Of a DNA stretch of 64,000 bases, positions 47,530 to 56,570 are shown one piece after another. The notes below the pieces were generated by a model. The model made no database searches, was not told the origin of the DNA, and saw only the letters and a list, made by a program, of their open reading frames with translations. Numbering within the stretch: position 1 is the stretch's first letter; every line of letters starts with the position of its first letter. The stretch is from a bacterium (lineage in GTDB: Bacteria > Patescibacteriota > Andersenbacteria > UBA10190). The stretch lies in contig JAUYKA010000008.1 of assembly GCA_030698495.1 (NCBI GenBank), positions 78,895-142,894 of the forward strand. Direction: 5' to 3'. The translations under genes and the position numbers were made by a program.

Positions 47530-47925
47530 ATGACAGCGGAAAAAACAACAACGAAGAAAAAAAGTAAAAAAATTCGCAAGGTGCGCGAAGGGAGAGTTTA
47601 TATTCGCTCAACTTATAACAATACCCAAATAAGCGTTACGGACGCGGCGGGGAATGTATTGGTTTGGAGCAGTGCCGGCCGAGCCGGTTTTAACGGCGCT
47701 AGAAAATCAACTCCTTACGCGGCACAGAGAGTTATCGCTGATGCGATGGAGCGTTTAAAGCCGTTTGGTATGGAAGAAGCAAGGATTTACGTCAAGGGGA
47801 TTGGCAGTGCACGCGAGTCGGCAGTAAGGGCACTGGCGGCAGCGGGTTTATCGATTACATCAATTCGCGACATGACGCCGATTCCGCACAATGGCGTGCG
47901 GGCACCGAAGCGGCGGCGAGTCTAA
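47530..47925 (+). CDS. rpsK: 30S ribosomal protein S11
   Basis: GRVYIRSTYNNTQISVTDAAGNVLVWSSAGRAGFNGARKSTPYAAQ - S11. Confidence 0.9.
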   Translation: MTAEKTTTKKKSKKIRKVREGRVYIRSTYNNTQISVTDAAGNVLVWSSAGRAGFNGARKSTPYAAQRVIADAMERLKPFGMEEARIYVKGIGSARESAVRALAAAGLSITSIRDMTPIPHNGVRAPKRRRV

Positions 47926-47974
47926 CGCAGCCGGATAAGTTCAATAAGGAAGATAAGTTCATAAGTTTTAAGAT

Positions 47975-48529
47975 ATGGTGGAGACAACTACAACTCAAGC
48001 TAAACAGGGATCCCGTGGTGGCATGCGCCCGCCACAGAGACGGCGGCCGCATAGCCGATATGGGCAGCAAATGGAAGAGAAGCAGAATCTAAAGAAGATT
48101 TACGGCATCAGGGAACAACAGTTGAAAAAATATTTTGTGACGGCTCACCAATCAACGGTTGAAACCGGCCCTGGCTTAATTGAAATTTTGGAAAAGCGTC
48201 TGGATAACGCGGTATATCGTGCGGGATGGTCTCCAACCAGGGCTGCGGCCAGACAGTTAGTCAGTCATCGGCTAGTGACGGTTAACGGCCGTCCGGTTGA
48301 TGTGCCTTCTTTACAGGTTAAGGTTGGGGACGTAATCAGCATTAAAGAAAGCAAGAGAAAAAAAGCAATTTTTACAAATTTTACGAAAAGCCTGCAGAAC
48401 GTGGCCGCGCCAAGCTGGATTTTATTGGACCCGGAAAACTTTTCTTTTAAAGTAACCGGATTGCCGGGGGCGGATGAAGCGGGGCTGGGGGTGGACATAA
48501 GAGCAATCGTCGAGTATTTCGCCCGTTAA
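47975..48529 (+). CDS. rpsD: 30S ribosomal protein S4
   Basis: S4 N-terminal basic region + S4 RNA-binding domain (LDNAVYRAGWSPTRAAARQLVSHRLVTVNGRPVDVPS). Confidence 0.85.
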   Translation: MVETTTTQAKQGSRGGMRPPQRRRPHSRYGQQMEEKQNLKKIYGIREQQLKKYFVTAHQSTVETGPGLIEILEKRLDNAVYRAGWSPTRAAARQLVSHRLVTVNGRPVDVPSLQVKVGDVISIKESKRKKAIFTNFTKSLQNVAAPSWILLDPENFSFKVTGLPGADEAGLGVDIRAIVEYFAR

Positions 48530-48569
48530 TCCCGCCTAAATATAAAATTTATTTATTAATAACCTTGCC

Positions 48570-49535
48570 ATGGAACCAATTTACTTACCAGAAAACGTAG
48601 ACATCAGCGACGAATCTGATAACAGCGCGATATTTTCAATTTATCCTTATTACCCGGGATACGGTCCGACGGTGGGCAACGCTTTGCGCCGGGTATTACT
48701 TTCTTCATTGCCGGGTGCTGCGATAACTCACATGAAAATCGATGGGGTTGATCATGAGTTTTCAGCTCTGCCTGGAGTGAAAGAAGATTTGGTGAGCTTG
48801 ATGTTAAACCTGAAAAAGGTAAGGGTAGCGTCGGTGAGTGATCAACCGGTAGAGATTGTGCTGGAAGCTAAAGGCGAGGGCAAAGTTAAGGCAGGAGATT
48901 TCAAAACACCTCCGGAGGTAAGCATCGGCAATCCTGATCTGGTAATCGCGAATTTGACAGACAGCAAGGCTGAATTCACTTTACGTTGTACTGTGCAACA
49001 AGGGCGCGGGTATATACCGACGGAAACAAGAGAACGCGAGCAGCGGCCGATCGGTACAATTGCTTTGGACGCTATATATACGCCCGTGGAAAGAGTAAGT
49101 TATAAGATAGAAAATATCCGTGTAGGACAGGCGACGGATTACCACAAGTTAGCGTTAACTATTAAGACAGACGGTACAATAACGCCCCGGGAAGCTTTAC
49201 AGCAGGCGGCGTCAATTTTAACCGACCACTTCAAAGAATTGACAGGAGACTTTAGCGCTAATCTTACCGCGGACAGGCCGGAGGAAATACCAGAGGTTTC
49301 GGTAGAGCCGGAGCCGACAGAGCCGGAGAACACATTAAGCTTACTCCAGTTGCCTTCGCGTGTGCATAATGCACTGGAAAGAGTGGGAATTACTACCGTA
49401 GAACAAGTGGTGGAGCTTAGTGATGAACAAATTCAGGATATTCCCGGCTTAGGACAAAAAGCGGTGGAAGATATTAAGAAAAACAGAGCTAAATATATGA
49501 CTGAACACTTAAATCAATCAGCCGATGAAGCATAA
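48570..49535 (+). CDS. rpoA: DNA-directed RNA polymerase subunit alpha
   Basis: GYGPTVGNALRRVLLSSLPGAAIT; C-terminal domain LLQLPSRVHNALERVGITTVEQVV. Confidence 0.9.
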   Translation: MEPIYLPENVDISDESDNSAIFSIYPYYPGYGPTVGNALRRVLLSSLPGAAITHMKIDGVDHEFSALPGVKEDLVSLMLNLKKVRVASVSDQPVEIVLEAKGEGKVKAGDFKTPPEVSIGNPDLVIANLTDSKAEFTLRCTVQQGRGYIPTETREREQRPIGTIALDAIYTPVERVSYKIENIRVGQATDYHKLALTIKTDGTITPREALQQAASILTDHFKELTGDFSANLTADRPEEIPEVSVEPEPTEPENTLSLLQLPSRVHNALERVGITTVEQVVELSDEQIQDIPGLGQKAVEDIKKNRAKYMTEHLNQSADEA

Positions 49536-49881
49536 GAAGGCCAACCGAATATTGGGCCGGACAGCGCAACAAAGAAAGGCGCTACTCTCGAACATGACTA
49601 GTTCGTTGTTAGAACGCGGTCATATTGTCACGACCCGGGCGCGAGCCAAACAGTTACAGCGATTCTTTGATCCGCTGGTCACTCGCGCGAAACAGGAGAT
49701 GACATTGTCTAATCGCCGTTATTTGTTGTCAAAGCTGATGAAGGCCGGTGACATAAATAAATTAATTGAAGCGGCAGAGGCTAATAAAAGCAGGCCCGGC
49801 GGTTATTTGCGGTTGACAAAGCTGCCGACCAAGCGACAAGATCAGGCTACGACCGTTAAGGTGGAAATTATTACCAAGTAA
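49525..49881 (+). CDS. rplQ: 50S ribosomal protein L17
   Basis: LGRTAQQRKALLSNMTSSLLERGHIVTTRARAKQL - L17; follows rpoA. Confidence 0.85.
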   Translation: MKHKKANRILGRTAQQRKALLSNMTSSLLERGHIVTTRARAKQLQRFFDPLVTRAKQEMTLSNRRYLLSKLMKAGDINKLIEAAEANKSRPGGYLRLTKLPTKRQDQATTVKVEIITK

Positions 49882-49889
49882 GAATTTTT

Positions 49890-50321
49890 ATGTCAAAAGA
49901 AAGAGATAAAATACACAGGGAAGAACAGGTGGGCGAATGGCATTGGCTGGATGCCCAGGGAAAAATACTGGGCAGATTAGCGGGTGAAGCGGCGGTCTTA
50001 CTGGGTGGTAAGCATAGAACGGACTGGGCTGCCAATAAAGTGGCGCCGGTTTACGTAGTGGTAACAAACACAGATCGGGTGGTGGTAACGGGTAATAAGG
50101 AGAAAGATAAGATTTATTATCGACATACGGGTTACCCGGGCGGTTTGCGAGAGCGTTCGCTGGCAGTCCAAAGGCAGAGAGATTCGCGTAAAATCGTATT
50201 AGCGGCCGTAAGCGGAATGCTGCCGAAAAACAACTTACGTAAATTGCGCTTACAGCATTTAAAGCTATATAAAGGCAGCGAGCATCCGCATGAGGCGCAA
50301 ATTAAATCTAATTCTAAATAA
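49890..50321 (+). CDS. rplM: 50S ribosomal protein L13
   Basis: EWHWLDAQGKILGRLAGEAAVLLGGKHR... L13 pattern. Confidence 0.85.
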   Translation: MSKERDKIHREEQVGEWHWLDAQGKILGRLAGEAAVLLGGKHRTDWAANKVAPVYVVVTNTDRVVVTGNKEKDKIYYRHTGYPGGLRERSLAVQRQRDSRKIVLAAVSGMLPKNNLRKLRLQHLKLYKGSEHPHEAQIKSNSK

Positions 50322-50327
50322 AAGACT

Positions 50328-50735
50328 ATGGTAGAAGATCAAGCAGAGAAGAAAGGTACGTACGGACTTGGCCGTCGAAAAACGGCAATCGCACAGGTGA
50401 TGTTGACCGATGACGTGACAGTAAGGATTGTTAATAATAAGCCGGTGGATGACTACTTTCCAACCATCGCGATGAAGAAACAGGTATTGTCGGCACTGGA
50501 GACCACGTCAAAGGCGGAAAAATCAGGATTCAAAGCGAAGATCAGGGGTGGAGGTAAGCAGGCGCAGGCGGTAGCTTTGAATTTAGCGATTGCCCGGGCG
50601 ATTGTGAAAGATGACGAGTCTTTGCGCAAACAGTTGAAAGATACGGGCAGTTTAACTCGCGATCCGCGGGTTAAGGAAAGAAAGAAGTTTGGTTTGAAAA
50701 GAGCGCGCCGAGCACCGCAGTTCTCCAAGCGATAA
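50328..50735 (+). CDS. rpsI: 30S ribosomal protein S9
   Basis: GLGRRKTAIAQV ... C-terminal GLKRARRAPQFSKR. Confidence 0.9.
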   Translation: MVEDQAEKKGTYGLGRRKTAIAQVMLTDDVTVRIVNNKPVDDYFPTIAMKKQVLSALETTSKAEKSGFKAKIRGGGKQAQAVALNLAIARAIVKDDESLRKQLKDTGSLTRDPRVKERKKFGLKRARRAPQFSKR

Positions 50736-50860
50736 GTGTCAGAAAATTTCTAATTTCTAATAACTAATTACTAATAAAATTTTAAATGTTTAACGCCAAA
50801 TTTTAAGCATTGGGCATTTTATTAGACATTAGTAATTAGGATTTAGTAATTACAGCCAAT

Positions 50861-52195
50861 CTATTGTTGTATTACTAAATCTGATTGATACAATCCGGTT
50901 TTGTTAGTAGTTTTCTTAAGGTAATAGATCATTTCTCCGTCAGTGCCGACAGCGGTTTGGGCGTTGCCGTTATTGGTGGTGGTAATTTGCTCGGAGATCG
51001 GGTGGTCACGCACATCGATTTCACTGATGATGATTTCGTCGTCTATTTGATAAATAAGGTGGCGACTGCCGGCAAACCATTGAATAGCGGTGATAGGGCG
51101 AGACAGTCTGGTAATAAATTGCAGGATCTGTTTTGGTAGGAAGCTGATTTCGTCAGTGGTGCTAAAAACATTTATGGTGTATGGATCGGTGGCAATAAAG
51201 AGAATGGCGCCGTCCGGAGACCAGCCGGCATAAGCGCTGGATGAACTGATTAATACCGGCTGATTAGATTCATTAAGATACCACACGCCGGTGTCTTTGG
51301 TTGTATAGGCAATGTTGCCTGATGGAGTAATAAGCAGTTTGACTATTTTCTTGTCGGGAGAAGGGATATTAATATTTTGCGGGCCTCCGGATAAGTTGAA
51401 GACATTGATGATATTATCCTCGCTAACGGTGTATATGTACTTATTGCTGGTAGCGAATATGTTTACTTGTTTAGCAATTATTTGCAAGGCGCCGGTAGAA
51501 GCGTTATAGGCTTTTAGACTGCCTGCGACATCAGTGAATAACAAGCGATTTGGCACAACCGGATCCCAGATGGCATCGGCGGCGCCGTTGAGGGTACTTA
51601 ATAATATAGGCGAAGAAGCGCCAAAATTATTAACCAACCAGTAGTTATTCTTGTTATGGAGAAGCAGCGAAGCGCTGTTGGGAGACCACAGGACGGTTTG
51701 GGGTATGGTTGTTAGCGCTTGGCTATCCACGATAGGGTGACTATCTTGATCGATAACGGAAAGATGAAGATTGCTTGATATATAGGCAATAAGTTTGCGG
51801 TTGGGAGACAGCGAAAAAAGAACCGCGTCTTGAGCCAAGGGATGGCTGTCTATATTGGCCGGGAATAAAACGATGTCGGACAAGTCGGCGGCCATACCCG
51901 GTTTTATGGCAATATTTTTACTCCAGGAGCGATATTCCCGCAGAGCTAGCGAAATATTAACATTGCCGGCAATCAGGTTGGGGAGAGTTTTAGGTGTCTT
52001 ACCGGCTGGTTTGTCATTAATATATATAGAGGCACGGCTTGGCTTGCTTTTAACTAGAGCGACCCCGATAGGCAGGGGGTCAATATTTTTTAAAGTGGCG
52101 CGATAACCGATAGCGTAAAGAACCACTAGAGGGGTTAGAGCGATGAAAATTACCAAGGTTATGAAAAGTAGGGCGCGCCGGTATATTTTTTGCAT
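50861..52195 (-). CDS. N-terminally membrane-anchored beta-propeller-like (TolB/PD40-like repeat) protein
   Basis: 444 aa; N-terminal TM (ALLFITLVIFIALTPLVVLYAIGY); repeated short beta-strand-rich segments with Asp/Gly turns; no catalytic motif seen. Confidence 0.4.
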   Translation of the reverse strand: MQKIYRRALLFITLVIFIALTPLVVLYAIGYRATLKNIDPLPIGVALVKSKPSRASIYINDKPAGKTPKTLPNLIAGNVNISLALREYRSWSKNIAIKPGMAADLSDIVLFPANIDSHPLAQDAVLFSLSPNRKLIAYISSNLHLSVIDQDSHPIVDSQALTTIPQTVLWSPNSASLLLHNKNNYWLVNNFGASSPILLSTLNGAADAIWDPVVPNRLLFTDVAGSLKAYNASTGALQIIAKQVNIFATSNKYIYTVSEDNIINVFNLSGGPQNINIPSPDKKIVKLLITPSGNIAYTTKDTGVWYLNESNQPVLISSSSAYAGWSPDGAILFIATDPYTINVFSTTDEISFLPKQILQFITRLSRPITAIQWFAGSRHLIYQIDDEIIISEIDVRDHPISEQITTTNNGNAQTAVGTDGEMIYYLKKTTNKTGLYQSDLVIQQ

Positions 52196-52245
52196 AGGGG
52201 GACTATGCCTTATTGTAGCATTTTTGTAAATGAGAGGGATGCGAT

Positions 52246-52357
52246 CGAGGATGGCTGCCTATTTGGTTTTGACGCCAAATTTCTCATGCTTATTTTTACG
52301 TTAAGGTATTCCGCCGGCACGGCAATGGCGTCAAAACCAAATAGGCAGCCATCCTCG
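52246..52357. repeat. 31-bp perfect inverted repeat flanking a 50-nt spacer (GC-rich palindromic element family member 4)
   Basis: CGAGGATGGCTGCCTATTTGGTTTTGACGCC (52246-52276) is the exact reverse complement of 52327-52357; spacer contains GCCGGCACGGC also present in copy 3. Confidence 0.7.
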
Positions 52358-52443
52358 GACTATGTTAATTTTACCCTTTGCATTTACGAAAATCTGGGGT
52401 GAAGAGAACGGGGGTGACTTGATTTTGGGGGTTGGTTGACGGT

Positions 52444-53706
52444 ATGCTTAAATTCATGTCGCAATTTGTCATCCAAGGCGGGCGGAAGCTATCCGGGGTT
52501 ATTCCAGTTTACGGGTCAAAGAACGCGGCGCTGCCTTTGCTGGCGGCCAGTCTTTTAACGGAAGAGGAAGTGATTTTGCATAATATTCCGGAGATATTGG
52601 ATGTTAAGAAGATGTTGGAAATTATGCAGGCGATGGGAGTGAGTGTGATTAGTGAAGGAAACGAGTGCCGGATAAAAGCGGAGAAGATTAACGAGAAGCA
52701 GGTACCGCGGGATAGGGTGGGACACCTGCGCGGTTCCGTATTGTTACTGGGTGCTTTATTGGTCCGATGTAAGCGGGTGGATCTGCCGATGCCGGGAGGA
52801 GACGTTATCGGTGCGCGACCGATTGAAGCACATTTGGATGGCCTGGCGCAGTTGGGTGCTAAAATAGACGTCAACGACAGCGGCGTGAGCGTGGACGGAT
52901 CGGACATGAAAGCCGGCGAAGTGGTGCTAAAAGAGTTTTCCGTTACGGCGACGGAAAATATTTTGTTGGCCGCGTCGCGTTTGCCGGGAAAAACAACTAT
53001 TTATATTGCGGCGGCCGAACCGCACGTGGCGGCGTTGGCGGAGCTGCTGAATCAGATGGGGGTGAAAGTTTCAGGAGCTGGAACGCATACTATTATCGTC
53101 GAGGGTAAAGAAGAATTAAGCGGAGCAGAGTTTACAAATATTCAGGATATGTTGGAAGCCGGTTCGTTTATTTTATTGGCGGCGGCGACGGGTTCAGCTG
53201 TTACCGTGCAAAACGTGCCGCTGTTTGATTTGCGCCTTTTTTTAAAGAAGCTGGCGGATATTGGGGTGGATTTTCAGATTGACGATCATAACGTAATGAT
53301 TAAGCCGTCTCGCTTGAAAGCTTTTAAGATACAGACTCTGCCGTATCCGGGCATGCCTACCGACCTACAGGCAATGTTCGCGGTAGTGGCAACGCAGGCA
53401 CATGGAGCCAGTTTGATTCACGACCCTATGTACGAAGGGCGGTTTAAATATATTGATGAGCTGATTAAAATGGGGGCCAACGCCACGATGTGTGATCCGC
53501 ATCGCGTTATAATCGAAGGGCCGACGCGATTGCGCGGACGCCATATAAAAAGTCTGGATATTCGTTCCGGCGTTACTTTGATTTTGGCCGGTCTGGCGGC
53601 GGATGGCGAAACAGTGATCGACGGTGCGGAAATTATTGACCGAGGATACGTAAATTTAGAAGAAAGGTTAAAGGATATCGGCGCGGATATTATTAGACGA
53701 GGATAA
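52444..53706 (+). CDS. murA: UDP-N-acetylglucosamine 1-carboxyvinyltransferase
   Basis: MLKFMSQFVIQGGRKLSGVIPVYGSKNAALPLLAASLLT matches MurA N-terminus; EPT-family length; ATG at 52444 preferred over upstream TTG. Confidence 0.85.
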   Translation: MLKFMSQFVIQGGRKLSGVIPVYGSKNAALPLLAASLLTEEEVILHNIPEILDVKKMLEIMQAMGVSVISEGNECRIKAEKINEKQVPRDRVGHLRGSVLLLGALLVRCKRVDLPMPGGDVIGARPIEAHLDGLAQLGAKIDVNDSGVSVDGSDMKAGEVVLKEFSVTATENILLAASRLPGKTTIYIAAAEPHVAALAELLNQMGVKVSGAGTHTIIVEGKEELSGAEFTNIQDMLEAGSFILLAAATGSAVTVQNVPLFDLRLFLKKLADIGVDFQIDDHNVMIKPSRLKAFKIQTLPYPGMPTDLQAMFAVVATQAHGASLIHDPMYEGRFKYIDELIKMGANATMCDPHRVIIEGPTRLRGRHIKSLDIRSGVTLILAGLAADGETVIDGAEIIDRGYVNLEERLKDIGADIIRRG

Positions 53707-53710
53707 CTAT

Positions 53711-54721
53711 ATGAGAGTGACTAGAAGAATAGCAATTGATTTAGGTACCACTAATACTTTAATGTATGTGCCTAAACAGGGGATTGTATTAAACGAACCG
53801 TCAGTAGTGGCGGTTTCAACGGACGAAAAAGCGGTGCTGGCGGTGGGTAATGAGGCTAAGGATATGATCGGACGCACGCCGGAATCAATTGTAGCGCATC
53901 GACCACTGCGCGACGGCGTGATTGCCGATTATCGGGTAACACAGGCGATGCTGCGTTATTTGATTCAGAAAACAGGTGCGTCGATTCGTTTCTTGCGGCC
54001 AGAGGTATTAATTTCCGTGCCGGCCGGTATTACCAGTACGGAGCGGCGAGCGGTGGTTGACGCTACTTTGTCGGCCGGAGCCAGATCGGTTTTCTTAATT
54101 AAAGAACCTATCGCCGCGGCGATAGGGGCGGGCATACCAATTGGGGAGAGCGCAGGACATATGATAGTGGATATCGGCGGCGGGACAACGGAAGCAGCCG
54201 TGATTTCTTTGGGTGGTATTGTCACCGCTCATTCCGCCAGAGTAGGAGGTAATCGATTTGATGAAGCGATTACCGATCATATCAGAAAACGCTACGGGGT
54301 AGTAATTGGCGAGCAAACGGCGGAAAAAGTTAAGATCAGTATCGGGTCGGCCATACAGCAGGAAGCACAGGAACGGTTAACTATTCGTGGTCGCGATATG
54401 GCTTCTGGCTTGCCTAAGGAAACAGTTATTTCTTCCCAGGAAGTAACCGAGGCCCTTAGGGAATCGCTGGATGAAGTGTTGCTGGTGATTAAGCACGTGC
54501 TGCAAAATACGCCGCCGGAGTTAGCGGCGGATGTTATTGATACCGGGATCGTAATTAGTGGTGGAGGAGCGTTAATGAAGAATATCGACCAGCTGATTTC
54601 CCGGGCGATTCAAGTGCCTACGTATATAGCGGACGATCCGCTGGTGTGCGTGGTGAAAGGAGCAGGCGCGGCACTGGAAAATTTGGAGCGGTATAAAAGG
54701 AGTGTTTTGTTGAGTAGGTAG
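53711..54721 (+). CDS. mreB: rod shape-determining protein MreB
   Basis: IAIDLGTTNTLMYV ... VDIGGGTTE ... actin-fold phosphate motifs. Confidence 0.9.
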   Translation: MRVTRRIAIDLGTTNTLMYVPKQGIVLNEPSVVAVSTDEKAVLAVGNEAKDMIGRTPESIVAHRPLRDGVIADYRVTQAMLRYLIQKTGASIRFLRPEVLISVPAGITSTERRAVVDATLSAGARSVFLIKEPIAAAIGAGIPIGESAGHMIVDIGGGTTEAAVISLGGIVTAHSARVGGNRFDEAITDHIRKRYGVVIGEQTAEKVKISIGSAIQQEAQERLTIRGRDMASGLPKETVISSQEVTEALRESLDEVLLVIKHVLQNTPPELAADVIDTGIVISGGGALMKNIDQLISRAIQVPTYIADDPLVCVVKGAGAALENLERYKRSVLLSR

Positions 54722-54923
54722 ACAAATATATACGTTTTTTGAGATTTAAAGGTAAAACGTAAAACGAAAAAGGCAAAACAACATCATAAAAACTAAAAAC
54801 ATAACGACAAAAATTCGTTGTTATTTTTTGCTTTTTCTTGTTGTTGTAAGTTTTACGTTTTAAGTTTTACGTTTTTGATTATTCTACTTGCTACGTGCTG
54901 CTAGTGTCAGTTATCATGCCTAG

Positions 54924-56063
54924 ATGTCTGAAATTGAGCAGCTGAAAGTGGCTTTAGTGCATGACGAGCTTACCCGCCGGGGCGGGGCGGAGATTGTACT
55001 CGAAGAGTTAGCGATGATTTTTCCGCAGGCTGATATTTATGCGCTATACGCCGGGCGGCCGATGATGAGTATTAATGGCCGCAAGAGGAGCGTGCATACT
55101 TCTTTTCTGCAGCACTGGCCGTTGTGGTGGCGCCGTCATCCTAAAAGAGTATTACCGCTTTTGCCGTACGCGGCCGAGCAATTGGATTTATCCGGATACG
55201 ATGTTGTTATAAGTTCGGCCAGCGGGTTTGTTAAAGGAATTATTACCAGGGCGGATATTCCACATGTATGCTACTGCCACACGCCGACAAGATATTTATG
55301 GGAAGACGCGGGAGCCGCCACAAGGCGGGCGCCGGTTTGGCAGAGATGGCCGGGCAGGATACTGCAACATTATTTACGTCTGGCCGATTTTGCCGCGGCC
55401 CAGCGGGTGGATTATTTTATCGCCAATTCCCGCTGGACTAAGCAGAGGATAAATACTTATTATCGGCGCGAGGCCAAGGTAATTTATCCGCCGATAGATA
55501 CGTCATTTTTCACGCCGGCATACGAGAGTGTATCCGGGCGCCGGAAAAAATATTTCTTATGCGTCGGCCGACTGACACCGAGTAAGAATTTTGATCAGGC
55601 AATTGCCGTTGGTGAGAAATTACGCTTGCCCCTGGTTATTGCCGGAAGCGGTTACGACGAGAGGCGTTTACGAAAATTGGCGGGACCATACACAACTTTT
55701 GCCGGACGGGTTGATAGAGAAGAGTTACGCGACTTATATCGTAACGCGCGGGCATTATTACAGCCAGGCGCGGAAGATTTTGGTATGGCGGCGGCCGAGG
55801 CAGCCGCTTGCGGTACACCGGTTGTTGCCTATGGTGTGGGCGGTATTAGGGAAATTGCCGGAAAGCAAACGGCACAATTGTATGCGCAACCAACGGTGGA
55901 AGCACTGGCCGAAGCGATACGTAAATTTATCGTGCGAGAAAATAAATTTCGGCCGGAGCTTTGTCAGCAGGAGGTTCTAAAGTTTGGCTACAGCCGTTTC
56001 AAGCAAGAAGTAACGCATTTTGTAAAAAATGTTATTGCTAATGGTGTTGGCAAGACGGTATAA
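54924..56063 (+). CDS. glycosyltransferase family 4
   Basis: 379 aa; EDFGMAAAEAAACGTPVVAYGVGG motif. Confidence 0.7.
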   Translation: MSEIEQLKVALVHDELTRRGGAEIVLEELAMIFPQADIYALYAGRPMMSINGRKRSVHTSFLQHWPLWWRRHPKRVLPLLPYAAEQLDLSGYDVVISSASGFVKGIITRADIPHVCYCHTPTRYLWEDAGAATRRAPVWQRWPGRILQHYLRLADFAAAQRVDYFIANSRWTKQRINTYYRREAKVIYPPIDTSFFTPAYESVSGRRKKYFLCVGRLTPSKNFDQAIAVGEKLRLPLVIAGSGYDERRLRKLAGPYTTFAGRVDREELRDLYRNARALLQPGAEDFGMAAAEAAACGTPVVAYGVGGIREIAGKQTAQLYAQPTVEALAEAIRKFIVRENKFRPELCQQEVLKFGYSRFKQEVTHFVKNVIANGVGKTV

Positions 56064-56071
56064 TATAAATA

Positions 56072-56407
56072 GTGAAATATTCTCTGCAAGCGGAAAATTT
56101 AACAGTGACAGAAGCGGACAGGCTGTTATTAGAGAAAAAGATTGGCCGTCTTAAGAAACTGCTGCAGCCACCTTATATGGCGGATATTAGGTTTTGGCAT
56201 GACACTCACCATATCAAGGGTGAGGTTGTTAACTGTGTGATGAACGTTAAAGAAGGGAAGAGAGTATTTCATAGCGAGCGCGTCGGCGACAGTATGCAGA
56301 AGGCATTGGACGAATGTTTGCAGGCGATTAAGAGCGAGATTGCAAAAAATCACGGGAAGGGCAAGAGGCGTCGGTTTTGGTGGAGTAAGTTGGCGAAAGA
56401 AACGTAA
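56072..56407 (+). CDS. hpf: ribosome hibernation promoting factor / RaiA (S30AE family)
   Basis: 111 aa; MKYSLQAENLTVTEADRLLLEKKIGRLKKLL ... HSERVGDSMQKALDECLQAIKSEIAK matches HPF beta-alpha-beta-beta-beta-alpha pattern. Confidence 0.65.
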   Translation: MKYSLQAENLTVTEADRLLLEKKIGRLKKLLQPPYMADIRFWHDTHHIKGEVVNCVMNVKEGKRVFHSERVGDSMQKALDECLQAIKSEIAKNHGKGKRRRFWWSKLAKET

Positions 56408-56570
56408 AACTGAAAGCGAAAAACTTAAAATAACAACTTAAAACTCAAAACAGTTGTCAAGCTGGCGGTGGGAATTTTTTGTTTTATACTGTTGTTTTTC
56501 GTTTTGCGCTTTACGCTTTAAGTTTTCTGTGCTTTTGACAAGCGCCTATTTAGAAGTAAGGTGTAGTATA

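Noticed and set aside
52190-52402. 70-aa plus-strand ORF
   Set aside because: It lies entirely within the 31-bp perfect inverted repeat element upstream of murA and is spurious.
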